From: Mytilus trossulus
Taxonomy: Eukaryota
Assembly: GCF_036588685.1 (NCBI RefSeq)
Contig: NC_086381.1
Coordinates: forward strand, 12,896,001 to 12,960,000
Direction of reading: 5' to 3'
Length of the DNA: 64,000 nucleotides
Shown: piece after piece, positions 26,267 to 37,890 of the stretch
Numbering within the stretch: the stretch's first letter is position 1
Layout: each line of letters starts with the position of its first letter
Position numbers and translations under genes: made by a program
Notes under the pieces: model-generated
The model's database searches: none
Seen by the model: only the letters and a program-made list of their open reading frames with translations
What the model was told of the DNA's origin: nothing

Positions 26267-26490
26267 TTATACATTCCGAGCAAGTAAGTTTATGCTTTCG
26301 GTTCCCCTCTGTCCTATACATTTCTTTTTATAAAGAACATAAATTGCGCTAGTCATTATCATCAACACAATTACTATTCCTACTCCTTTACCAATCATAA
26401 GTACTTGTTGAGTATGGGTTTGTTGTACAACAGATGCGGTTGTATTGATTGCAATTGTTTCTTCATTACCACGAGTACTGTCTACATAAT
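26267..26490 (-). pseudogene. Paralog B terminal TM exon (degenerate)
   Basis: YVDSTRGNEETIAINTTASVVQQTHTQQVLMIGKGVGIVIVLMIMTSAIYVLYKKK... is homologous to 45545-45822. It has a Lys in the TM, and the homologous tail (GKDSDAGYH) lies in another frame. Confidence 0.7.
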
Positions 26491-26829
26491 CTACAAAGAC
26501 AAATGTTCATTATAGCTTAAGTGACTCTTTTAAATCATTTCCATATTTTTTACTGAATGCTACAAATCAACAGAATTTAACTTGTCATGAATATTATGAC
26601 GGATGCGACTAGTAGACACTTACTGTCCACCGGTTTTTAAACATTTAAGATAGGTTCGTGTTAATGTTTGTGACTCCTAAAATTTACACATTGACTCATG
26701 CATAATTGTAGATTAATAGTACGGTTCGATAGTGTATTTTTATATTGATAATGTCGTTATGATATATGTAATGACGTTCTGTCATCGAATTCAAATGCGA
26801 TTAGACATTAAATTAGTTTATAATAAACA

Positions 26830-26990
26830 ATAATGTGTCCCCAGGACACGGATGTCCCAACAGCACTATCATTTTCTATGTTCAGTGGAAAAATCTCTAA
26901 CTTGACATTAAAATGAGAAAGATAATATCATAGGAAACATGTATACTAAGATTCAATGTGATTGGACTTCAACTTCATCAAAAACTACCC
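26830..26990 (-). mobile_element. Fragment of the HINE-like element
   Basis: TGTGTCC..GGACACGGATG..GCACTATC..ATTGGACTTCAACTTCATCAAAAACTACC matches 7760-7940. Confidence 0.6.
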
Positions 26991-28656
26991 CTATAAAAAA
27001 TTTATAATTTTGAAATTTGAATCTTTTCAGAATTTAGCAGAATTGAGGAATAACAGTACTATTGAACGGGCAGTTTCACTACAAAGGGAGAAAAACAGTG
27101 AAACCAATATTTGAGACCATCAAATTCAATTATGTGAGTATACCTTTATATTTTGGGAGCGATATGACCAAAAGATAAAAAATAAAATAATAGCTGAATT
27201 CATCTAAGGTTAACATTTCTTGATAAAAAATGAAAATCTAATTTCTTATTATTTTCTCGATTCATCAAAGGAGAAATGTTTAAAGAGTAGTGGTGTCCAT
27301 GTTCCGGAAGTATTTTTTTTATTCTATATATGAATGTATTTTCAAAAGTAAAACTTTTTCACAAAGTGACCAGTACAACACCTGTAGGGCAAGTTGTATA
27401 CATCGAATAATTTTCACTTTATTGCAATCAAATGTCTCATAAACTTGAAATATGTAATAAAATCAGTATTTTGTAAAAATCGTCACTTTCATATGAACAA
27501 GCAACAGGGATTTTTTCTTTTTTATTTTGGATAATTACAAGATTTGTGGATAAGGTGTTGAGTGTTATTTGTGAAACTATTTTATACCACGAGGGCGTAA
27601 AACAGATGTGTATCTTTATGTTGGGTTAATAAGGAAAAATAACGGATCCGATGTGAAGCCTGGTAGACAAGAATAACTTATAACAAATGTATTATTCTTT
27701 AACGTACCATTTAGAAATTAATGTCCACATACTCTGTGTCGTTTTGAAAAAATCTGTAGAAATCAGTTTTAGGGCACTTTTGGTCACGTTAAAGCTAGCT
27801 AAAACTTGTATGGACAACATCCACGTAGTTCCCTTAGCAATAATTTTAAATTCAAAGACAATCATATGTTGTCTTCGTAAAAAAGGAAGAACATCTTCTT
27901 TGATTTATTTTCGGGTATATTGATGATCTTCTGTAACTAAATAATCTACATTTCTGGTAGTGCGTTCATCTCATGCTTCCCACTAAACCTTATATAAAGA
28001 ATGATACTGAATGTAGGTCTTTGTTGTCGTTTGATCTTTTTCTTGATGTTGATATATACTCCAACTTTCACTAGAGTTAATGACACATATGGCAACGGCC
28101 CATTTCTCACCATATATCACTTTGTATCCGTTGTATGTTCAGGGTTGTGGAAATATCAAATTATTTACTTGTCCATGCAAAATCTACTAGACTTTTTGTT
28201 TTATTGTTCTAACTGTCTGCTTACATAGCTTTTAGACTATCCAGAGACGATGGACATACTTTTTCACATCCCTAAAGTCGTATTCATATTTCAATCAACG
28301 CGTGCAGTATAAGTAATATACAACATTTATTAACAAGGTTGATATTACACAAAATTTCGCAGACAGTATTATGAGCAAAAAGGGATTGAATTCAAACGTC
28401 CGGAGTGTAAAATAATCATAATGAATGAATTGACCAACACGAGCTTTTGCGTCTTAACTCACTGGCAATACCATTTCATGTTCTTATTTCTTTATTCGCT
28501 ATTATCGTGAATTTACCTCCTGTGTTGTATTTCACATTGTGATATTTTGAGTGTGTTTGATTAAGCATGTACAGCAGTGATACCATTGTATTGAAACATT
28601 CTTATTTAATAAAATGTATAATTTGAAAGTAAGTTGCCTATCACATGAATAGTTAC

Positions 28657-28802
28657 CCTAAAATACGTTTTTCGTTCTCCGACTGGAAATTGTCCTTTGA
28701 TCCATTCGTCCCCTTGATTACCAGAAACGTTGAACTCTGCATTTTGTGATAACGTATCCGATTGTCCCAGTTCTTCAATATATATTTTTAAGCTTCCAAC
28801 TT
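28657..28802 (-). CDS. Paralog B exon 6: MAM domain part 3
   Basis: 146 bp, cag/gtaact. [49 protein letters not shown] contains the MAM GxQGxxW motif. Confidence 0.8.
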
Positions 28803-29550
28803 CTGTTTAGAAAATGAATAACTATTATTATCTTGCTTTCTTTAGTGACTATCAGTTATTCAATATTACATTGCGAGGGAAAGGTAATAAGCACAGAGGG
28901 TCTTGGGTCATTTGCACAAATAAATTCTTTCACTAAAATACTTTTCTCATATTGTATAAGATAAATAAAAGTAGATGTAGTATGCATTACAATGAGACAA
29001 CTCTCTCATCTAGGTCACAATTTGTAAAAGTGAACCATTATAAGTCAACGTACGGTCTTGAGCATAAAGCCTTCGCTTCAACAAACGACAGCTACTGAAC
29101 ACCAGATTAAAGCGTATTTATAAATATATGATATCATTGAAATACACGTTTTAATATAGAAAATGAAATTCAGTAATTTTTTTTAAAAATATTCCAGATT
29201 TTGTAATAAACAATTTAATAAAAAAAGTAGGGTTCAATTAAATACCGTTAACAAATGGTAAAGAGTGCTGAAAATAACGGTCTTTAACATAAAAACGGAT
29301 TGTAGTCTCTTTGACACATTCCTCGTTTCTATTCTCTGTTTTTATATTGGATAACAATATAATGATATCTGGACTTATGGGTGGGTAAATGTGAAAATAT
29401 GGACATTCAAAGAGAAATAGGTCGACAAAGCTAAATAAATGCGGTATCAATAAAACACATGTATAACAAGCTGTACAAGCTATGACTTGATCAATGTGAA
29501 ACCGTGTGTCTTTGTGAAATGGTTAATAAAGTTTTTTGACAAATGATTAC

Positions 29551-29691
29551 GGTTGTGTCCTACTTCTCCCCACATGTGATACCAGATCTCAAAACACAGA
29601 CCGCCTGTTGTAGCAGGAAAATATGGAGATAGTAGTCTTGCTGTGTCGTTCATTTTTACAGGAGAAGATGATTCCATAAACATATAATGCC
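29551..29691 (-). CDS. Paralog B exon 5: MAM domain part 2
   Basis: 141 bp. [42 protein letters not shown] contains the MAM motifs GxY, ARLxSP and CxxxWYHMxG. Confidence 0.8.
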
Positions 29692-30422
29692 CTGTAATAA
29701 ACAAGAAATTCGATTCACATATCTGTCATACCAATCAGGAGATGATGATTCCATAAACATATAATGCCTTGAAATAAACAAGAAATTCGATTCACATATC
29801 TGTCATACCAATCAGGAGATGATGATTCCATGAACATATAATGCCCTGAAATAAACAAGAAATTCGATTCACATATCTGTCATACCAATCAGGAGATGAT
29901 GATTCCATGAACATATAATGCCCTGAAATAAACAAGAAATTCGATTCACATATCTGTCATACCAATCAGGAGATGATGATTCCATAAACATATAATGTCC
30001 TGTAATAAACAAGAAATTCGATTCACATATCTGTCATACCAATCAGGAGATGATGATTCCATAAACATATAATGCCCTGAAATAAACAAGAAATTCGATT
30101 CACATATCTGTCATACCAATCAGGAGATGATGATTCCATAAACATATAATGCCCTGAAATAAACAAGAAATTCGATTCACATATCTGTCATACCAATCAG
30201 GAGATGATGATTCCATAAACATATAATGCCCTGAAATAAACAAGAAATTCGATTCACATATCTGTCATACCAATCAGGAGATGATGATTCCATGAACATA
30301 TAATGCCCTGAAATAAACAAGAAATTCGATTCACATATCTGTCATACCAATCAGGAGATGATGATTCCATAAACATATAATGTCCTGTAATAAACAAGAA
30401 ATTCGATTCACATATCTGTCAT
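29659..30422. repeat. 10 x 77-bp tandem repeat spanning the intron 4/exon 5 splice acceptor
   Basis: Units start at 29659, 29736, 29813 ... 30352 (CAGGAGATGATGATTCCAT...). Confidence 0.95.
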
Positions 30423-30646
30423 ATCAAGCAATTATCTGATCAAATAACATATTACTTCATATTTTAGATTATGTTTACTTTCTTTTTTAAATCGTGACTT
30501 TTGCATTAAGAAATAATTCGTTTACATATTTTTTATCAACACATTGTGTATACTATAGAATCTCTCATTCCTTTTTGTATTTTTCAAGCTTCACTTTCAT
30601 CACAAAAGAAAAGAGAACCTCAAAAATTTTACGTTAATTTTCCTAC

Positions 30647-30805
30647 CGTTTCCATCTTTACCCAAGGTATGGTCATATTTCGGACCTGTACGTCGAGTAG
30701 GTGTGGTACCAGAATTCCATTTCCATTCAAAGTTTGCTAGTTTATCATGTTGGCAACCACATATATTTTCATCTTCAAAATCACAAAATTTTTCATGTTC
30801 TTCAT
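30647..30805 (-). CDS. Paralog B exon 4: MAM domain part 1
   Basis: 159 bp. [43 protein letters not shown] contains the CDFE and TGPxxDHT motifs. Confidence 0.85.
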
Positions 30806-31258
30806 CTGCATACAAAATAAAGCAAAACATTACTAAAAGATATCTTAAAAATAACATAACAATGGTTTACCCCCCAATGTGTCATACAAACAAATCTTTA
30901 ACCTTAGTATATCAGCTCTTTTTCCTTTACTGATTTCTTGATTTATCATTTAACTAATAGGTTTCTTTTTATATGAACGGTATTCAAGTGCATAATTAAA
31001 ACTTTTTCATATTTACAGTTCACAACCTGCTGTCGAATGTTCAGAGAGGCGCTTGCAACATGAGATGTGGATTGTTATTGTCCAACATTTCTATCTTATG
31101 TTTTATATTTGAATATCATCTTACTCGAAATCTATTGTTTTGCTTTGTCTTTTTTAATTGTTTTGTTTCGTTTTTATATTCAGTTTATCCTTTAAGTTTG
31201 TTTTATTTCATTAGTAAAGGAACATTCACAATTTTTTTTAGCATAAAACAATACGTAC

Positions 31259-31423
31259 ATTCACATGACGGGACTGGAGCACTCCAAGTTGTACCATCAC
31301 ACGTGATCAATTTCTCGCCTGTTAATTTGAATGATGGAGCACATTTGAATTCTAATACAGCACCACCTTGATCTTTTATGACTGTAAGATTTCCTGAAGA
31401 TGGAATTTCATCACAACCGGTCC
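31259..31423 (-). CDS. Paralog B exon 3: Sushi/CCP domain 2
   Basis: 165 bp, cag/gtacgt. [54 protein letters not shown]. Confidence 0.85.
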
Positions 31424-31568
31424 CTGAAAATAAGTAGTTCTCCCGGGTTTATACTTGTTAATTTTATGACTTTGCCTGATTTTATAGATGGTTTTTGTTT
31501 TTATTTAAAACAGTTTTAGATAAAACGAATAAACTCATCATAGATACCAGGATTAAATTTTGTATTTA

Positions 31569-31610
31569 CGCCAGACGCGCGTTTCGTCTACAAAAGACTC
31601 ATCAGTGACG
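31569..31610 (-). ncRNA. Minimal type-I hammerhead ribozyme, intact core
   Basis: Minus strand CGTCA-CTGATGA-GTCT TTTGT AGAC-GAAA-CGCGCG-TC-TGGCG, identical to 18784-18825. Confidence 0.85.
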
Positions 31611-31930
31611 CTCGAATCCAAACAAGTTAAAAAGGCCAAATAAAGTACAGAGTTGAAGAGCCCTGATGACCAAAATTCCTAAAATGTGTGCCAAATACAG
31701 TTAAAGTAATCTATTCCTGAGGTAGAAAAGCCTTAGTATTTAAAATATTCTACATTTTAGTAAACAGTTGATCTATAAATATGACCATATCAATGATAAT
31801 TCATGTCAGCACCGAAGTGCTGACTAATGGGCTGGTGATACCCTCCGAGACTTTAAAACTAACAGCAGTGACGTCGACTCAGTGATTGTAAATAAACTCA
31901 TCATAGATACCAGGTTCAACTTTGTATTTA

Positions 31931-31972
31931 CGCCAGACGCGCGTTTTGTCTACAAAAGCCCCATCAGTGACC
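31931..31972 (-). ncRNA. Hammerhead ribozyme with mutated core
   Basis: Core reads CTGATGG and AAAA instead of CTGATGA and GAAA. The 3' half CGCGCG-TC-TGGCG is intact. Confidence 0.7.
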
Positions 31973-33507
31973 CTCGAATCCAAAAAAGTTAAAAAGGCCA
32001 AATAAAGTACGAAGTTGAAGAGCCTTGATTACCAAAATTACTTAAAAAAATTGCCAAGTAAAGCTCAAGTAATCTATTCTAGAGGCAGAAACACCTTAGT
32101 ATTTCAAAAAATCTAAATTGTAGTAATGAGTTTATTTATAAATATGACCATATCAATGATAAGTGATGTCAGCATATAAGTTATAGTTTGGGCTTGACTT
32201 TTGTTTGGGGTCTCGCTTATGGCGGAATTCAAGATAAGCTAGTTTATATTGTGTAGTTGACGGATTTATCACGAAAAAGGGGTCAGCTGATTCCCACATC
32301 TGGTCGCGCGATTTTCTCGCTGAGTTGAAGACCCGTTGGTGGCCTTCGGTCGTCATCTGCTCTTTTTTCAGGTTGTTGTCTCTTTGACATCTTCGCCATT
32401 CCCATTCCAATTTAAGTAAACAAACATTTCAGTTGACATTTGTTTCAATTTTGTTTTTGTACTAATGATTAAAATATTGAATATGAGTATTTAAAACCGC
32501 ATAAAAACTGCATAAAAAACCAACTGGATTAACGAAGAAAAGTGTATCGAATGTTTGTTTTTTTTAATTTCAAAGGCTATTTTCTTCTTAAACATTATAG
32601 AAAAAGAACTGTAAACAGCGTAATCGCCAGCAAAATCGGATTTAGAAATTAAATCAACATTACCGAAATTGTTAATATGCATTTGCAGTTAATCTCAATT
32701 TTGCGATTTTGACAGTTACCGTTCATTCAGATTTTGCGCTTTTGATTGGTAACCTTATAACAATGATAAACAACAAGAAACTACTAAATGATGAAAGATT
32801 GATACAAGTGTTGTTATTTCTGTTTTTTTTTTTTATTCATTTCTGTTTTTTATTCTATAATATTTCGAAGGTGAAACACTTTTGAACCTGTAGTGTGTTT
32901 CATCTGAAATATCATTCTTCCTTTCCAATTATTGTGTTTGCTATTGCTCACAACAATTAAATTCTATGTAAGATATGTTGGAAATTCCATTTTTAATAAT
33001 AATAATAATAATGAAAATTTATAAAGCGCCCTATATAAAAAATAAAAATTACTCTAAGGCGCTGTACATACACATGCTAATTAAAACAAATCAATGACAA
33101 TAACATAAAACAAAACAAAATACATCGTGGCAAATTCATATTTTATATGAATTTGCACATGACACATATATTCGCTTTTATTAAAAATGTTCAGACAGTT
33201 CATATGATTAGTTTACCTGTCGCAACAATCTAGGGTGAAAATGTAATTCGAACTTACAAAATAGTTGAATTGTGTCTGCATTGCATTGTTATTGAACATT
33301 GTTGAATCATATATGTATGCTGATAGTTAAAGTTTGTTTAGATTTACTAGTGTTTACAGTGTTTGTAACACTGATAAGAAGCAGAACTGTGAGTAAACAC
33401 TTCAGTTGGTAAGAGCAGATTCGTCGCCATGTCTTTTATGGTGCTTGAAAATTTCAATGGAAGTTGGTGAACGATCTGGGTAGTTGGGATATATAAAACA
33501 TACTTAC

Positions 33508-33678
33508 GTATACATACAGGTGGTGGGAAACTCCACCTGTCGCCTGAACAGATGATAATTTCTGTTCCAAATAATTTGTATTCACGATAGCATCTGAACT
33601 TTGCGATTCTGCCTCTTGCTCGAAGTCTTACTCGACCATGTGCTGGATTTTCTAAGGTTGCACATTTTTGACCAAAAA
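33508..33678 (-). CDS. Paralog B exon 2: Sushi/CCP domain 1
   Basis: 171 bp, cag/gtaagt. [57 protein letters not shown]. Confidence 0.88.
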
Positions 33679-33701
33679 CTGAAACCAAATATGAATATTA
33701 A

Positions 33702-34086
33702 GGTGGCTGCTGGCCAGTGCTGGGTACAAAAATGTTAAAATATAAAATTTGAAATATCTTTTTTAACTCATCGGTGACCTATATTTTTTATTATTGTTTT
33801 CAAATAAGCTGTACATAAACTAAATAATTGTAAAATTTAAGCTATTTCTTATATTAGGTTATTTTTTGTTTTCGATATTACCTCTATTTTCCTATTAGTT
33901 TAACAGAAAAAAAGGACATTAACAAAAATGTATGCTTCTTCCAGAGGCAGATTATAAGCTTAAATGAACAGTGAACCCATTTTTTTATTTCATTTTTCTT
34001 TTAAGTATACAATAAAGTTTATTTATAAAAAGATATAGCAAAATCCTATATTAGAAAAAAAAAAATATTTATACCCAGAAGCCCCC
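33702..34086. mobile_element. Kolobok-type MITE with TTAA TSD
   Basis: TTAA|GGTGGCTGCTGG ... CCAGAAGCCCCC|TTAA. The uninterrupted site is visible in paralog A at about 10890-10920. Confidence 0.75.
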
Positions 34087-34454
34087 TTAATAAAAGAGAA
34101 TTGGTCAAATGTAAAGTTCAATACTATCACATTTTTGTATTGTTCCGTCATTTATGAGACTACGTGTTTATGATTACATACTAGCAGTAAGTCACATGTA
34201 TTTCCATCTATGTACATATCTAAACGTGTTCATCAATGTCTAGAGAAAAGTCAATCATCTTTGTTTAAAGGGTATTTGATCGTTATATAAAACAATACAG
34301 TACACAATCAATAAAATGGATAAACCCTTAACACGTATACAACACCGTCCACATTAGATAAAAAAGGGAAAACGTACATCAAAGTATCAATAAATATTCT
34401 GGATAACAGCAATCCTTCATCTGTACGATTTAAAACGAATCTCATCAATATAAT

Positions 34455-34816
34455 TTTAATGTGCGTATTGTTATTCTTTTACTTTTCTACATTGGCTAGA
34501 GGTATAGGGGGAGGGTTGAGATCTCATAAACATGTTTAACCCCGCCGCAATTTTGCGCCTGCCCCAAGTCAGGAGCCTCTGGCCTTTGTTAGTCTTGTAT
34601 GATTTTAAATTTTAGTTTCTTGTGTATAATTCGGAGTTTAGTATGACGTCCATTATCACTGTACTATTATGCATATTTTAGGGGCCAGCTGAAGGACACA
34701 TACGGGTGCGGGAATTCTCGCTACATTGAAGACCCATTGGTTGCCTTCGGCTGTTGTTTGCTCTATGGTCGGGTGGTTGTCGCTTTGACATATTCACCAT
34801 TTCCTTTCTCAATTTT
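34455..34816 (+). mobile_element. SINE-like repeat (second family)
   Basis: Shares the AACCCCGCC/CCAAGTCAGGAGCC core. Its 3' end (CAGCTGAAGGAC...CTACATTGAAGAC...CTCAATTTT) recurs at 5805-5935, 16310-16460 and 32285-32412. It is absent from the homologous intron of paralog C (about 57640). Confidence 0.7.
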
Positions 34817-34910
34817 ATGCTGATTTCCGAAAACAATCTTGAAAGTAAAACAATTTTAACAATAGTTCAAGCATATATAAGTGTTTGGCCAAAGCACCTC
34901 TCGCAAGGTG

Positions 34911-36017
34911 CAGGTGTAACAAAAAAAATTGTTCCGGCGTGACATTTGTTCCATTGGAACAAATTTCATAGGAAATATGTTCCAGCGGAACTTATATCAC
35001 AGAAAATTTGTTCCGGAACTAATTTCTTAACTAAATGTAAAATAAGTTCCGGCACAAAAATCACAGCTCCATGAGTTTTGTTCCAATATCAAGATTTGAA
35101 AAAAAGTGAAATAAGTTCCCTAATATTAGTTTTGAACGAAATTATTTTTCAGGAATCAATGAAAATGTTCTGCTCGGACCTATTTCATAGAAAATAAGTA
35201 CCTTCAACTTATTGCACAGCGAAATATTTCCGAAATCTTTTCTTGTTACACTAAAAAATTATAATGCAAGCTGGATACTATACTATGCTTGCATGGGGTA
35301 CATTTGCTATTATAAAGGCATGACTGAAGGATGAAGATAAGAAATAAAAGCGATTATAATGTATCATTATTTGTATCTACAATGTATGTGTTATCCTTTA
35401 TGTAAATAATCAACCTCCTTGTTTCCTGTTGATCTGTCATGGGTGTTCTTATCATACATGTACCTAGCTATGGTCATTGCAGTTTTAAAAGTGTGTATCA
35501 ATTATTTCTTTATGCCTTTAAAATAATTGATCAGTTACATTGTCCTTTTCAAATTAGTACAAATGTTCAACTTTAACTATAATGCTTTTTTTTAAATTAC
35601 TTTTATTATTATTTCTTATTCTACTCTTTCCTGGATCATAAGTGTCATTTTCAGTCTCATTAATAGACTTTTGATTAACTCAACAGGATCCAAATTGAAT
35701 GTTTACACATATTATTTATTACAGTATCAATATAATACATGTTTTTTATTATGACTTTAAACTCACTGATGACAAGTGCTCAGTATATAAGATAACTTGT
35801 TTAACTAGTGGAACATATTTCATAGACGAGGAACTTATTTCACCAGGTGATGAACAAATCTCACAAATCCAGAACTTATTTCACCAGGTAAGGAACAAAT
35901 TTCACCAACCCAGAACTTATTTCACCAGATAAAGTGTGGAACTTTTTTCATAGAGGTGGAACAAATTATATGGAAATTGGAACTTTTTTCACAGGAACAA
36001 ATTTTGGCTTTGACCTG
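34911..36017. mobile_element. Possible old TIR element with reiterated subterminal GTTCC/GGAAC motifs
   Basis: CAGGT...TTGTTCC at left and GGAACAA...ACCTG at right, with many GTTCC/GGAAC repeats. No TSD seen. Confidence 0.4.
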
Positions 36018-36512
36018 GAGGCCTTTGGCTGTTATCTGCTCCTTGGTCGGGTAATTGTATCCTTCGCATTTTTCCCATTTATATTATCAATTGTCGTGTG
36101 AAGTTCAGAGAACAGATGCATAGGGTTATTTGCTTTCTTTGGTAAAATGTATACCAGTAGACAATTTCCCTAATATATATAATATTCATTACAGCAAAAT
36201 AATGATCAATGAAATAATAACCAGAGCATCGTGCGGCAGATGTTAACTTCGGTCAGAGTTTATTACGAAGATATGATCGGACCAATAAACTGTATCAATT
36301 TAACTGCATAAGAAAGATTGTTTGTTTACAATTTTACCTGCAACTTAAAAAAATCACTTTTTATATTTATTTTCAGTTTCCCTATCGCGTACTTAATTAA
36401 TTAGGTTATACGAATTATTAATCATAAGTGAGTCGATTTCCAAAATAAAGTTTCTCTTTGGTGCAATAGTTTTCATGAATTTTATGAAGAATATCAGAAT
36501 TAGAGTTCTGCA

Positions 36513-36554
36513 CTCCAAATGCGGCTTTCGTCTGCAGAAGACTCTTCAGTGACG
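36513..36554 (-). ncRNA. Diverged hammerhead motif
   Basis: CGTCA-CTGAAGA-GTCT TCTGC AGAC-GAAA-GCCGCA-TT-TGGAG. The core is retained; the stem III palindrome and stem I are degraded. Confidence 0.5.
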
Positions 36555-37289
36555 TTCGAATTAAAAGAAAATGTAAAGGCAAAGTAAAGAATGATTTCTA
36601 GCATTTGAAAGTCCTTTTCAAATTTGTATAGAAACACCAAACAAAGAAAACCTGGTGTTTTGAAAAAAAAAACAAGATATTCATGACTAAGATTTTTTTT
36701 ACTGCAATAAAATGTAATAGAATTTTGAATATTGTTTTCGACCCTATTTCGTATACATCGGAGGTGACATAGTATGATTGGTGGTATAACACCATTAAAC
36801 GAGTTTCTGGCACAATTTCGTTGAAGTACGCCTTTTTTTCGTTCGACATAAATAACCAATGATTTAAACTTTCCTATAATTTTAGTAATTTTAGGATGCT
36901 AAAAGAAGAGACTGACTTCATAGAAAAACTATGTTGAACGCATTTATCCTAACAACTCGAGATAAAGTTTACAACAAATACATTTAAGTCTACTCTAGTT
37001 TATAGTAGGTTCGTGTGGTTGTTGTATCCCTATTTGTGACATTTTGTCACGCGTCTTTTCAATATAATGGAAATTGATGCGACTGTCGTACGAGTGAGAG
37101 GTTAAGCACTTTAAAACAAGACTCAATCAACCATTTTCGACATTTGAAAATGTCTGTACTAAGTCAGGAATATGACAGTTGTTGTCCATTGGTGTGATGT
37201 GTTTCATCATTTGATTTTGCCATTTGAATAGGGACTTTCGTTTTGAATTTTCCTCTGAGTTTAGTATTTTTGTGATTCATTTGTTTTTA

Positions 37290-37890
37290 TTACTTACATC
37301 TAGAAATTGACAATGAGGGTCGGTTCAAAACAAAACTTTACTACAAATAGATGATTGCAGCTTCCTTATTGTAAACTCTCCATTTCTTGGCAGCAAATCT
37401 CCAGCAGCGCCTCTATACATCTCCCTTTGATACGATATTCCCGGGCTTGAATTTCCTCTCATAATTTCCTCGATATCGGGTTGCTGCTCACATGGAAGAT
37501 ATCAAAATAAGAGTTCCAAATGGTGACGTTGAAATCATTCCTTCGTAATTTTACCTATACCATCACGAGTTGGATGACTATAACGAAATATATGTTTCAC
37601 AGATGATATCGGATATGTTCATAATGCCTTAACTACAATCCCGGTCCCTTTCTATCGAATTAGACTATTTACCGGGTTTATATAACATAAGCAACACTAT
37701 GGGTGCCACATGTTGAGCATGATCTGCTTACCCGTCCGGAGCATCTGCTATTCCTCGTGTTAAAGTGTGGCTAGTGTTGCTTGGTCTATAGTGGTCTATG
37801 ATGAGTTCAATGTACCATTCTTTGTATTTATTTTGTTGCCATTTTTTTTTATCTATGAGTTTGAATGTCCATTTGTGAATTTTCGCCCCA
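37290..37890 (+). mobile_element. Decayed Penelope-like element 3' fragment
   Basis: Homologous to the reverse complement of 19220-19870 (TTACATCTAGAAATTGACAATGAGGGTCGGTT). Confidence 0.7.

Larger units (their letters stand above)
31528..32170 (-). mobile_element. Retrozyme-like tandem repeat (362-bp unit, about 1.8 copies) with two hammerhead motifs
   Basis: AATAAACTCATCATAGATACCAGG...CGCCAGACGCGCGTTT repeated at a 362-bp spacing. Confidence 0.8.
26267..33678 (-). pseudogene. Paralog B: Sushi-Sushi-MAM gene, internally deleted (pseudogene or secreted variant)
   Basis: Exons 2-6 have the same sizes as in paralog C (171, 165, 159, 141, 146 bp). The last MAM exon and the stalk exons were not found, the TM exon tail is frameshifted, and exon 1 was not located. 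Confidence 0.6.

Noticed and set aside
29659-30422. CRISPR-like regular repeat
   Set aside because: The units are wholly repeated with no unique spacers, there are no cas genes, and the repeat derives from a eukaryotic intron/exon junction.
31060-31371. Plus-strand ORFs overlapping Sushi/MAM exons (also 10656, 30546, 30703, 53982, 54065, 56754)
   Set aside because: Antisense shadows of the minus-strand exons.
36330-36400. Candidate signal-peptide exon for paralog B (TTACCTGCAAC resembles the exon 1 donor)
   Set aside because: No ATG with a hydrophobic 19-codon frame and no conserved upstream block.
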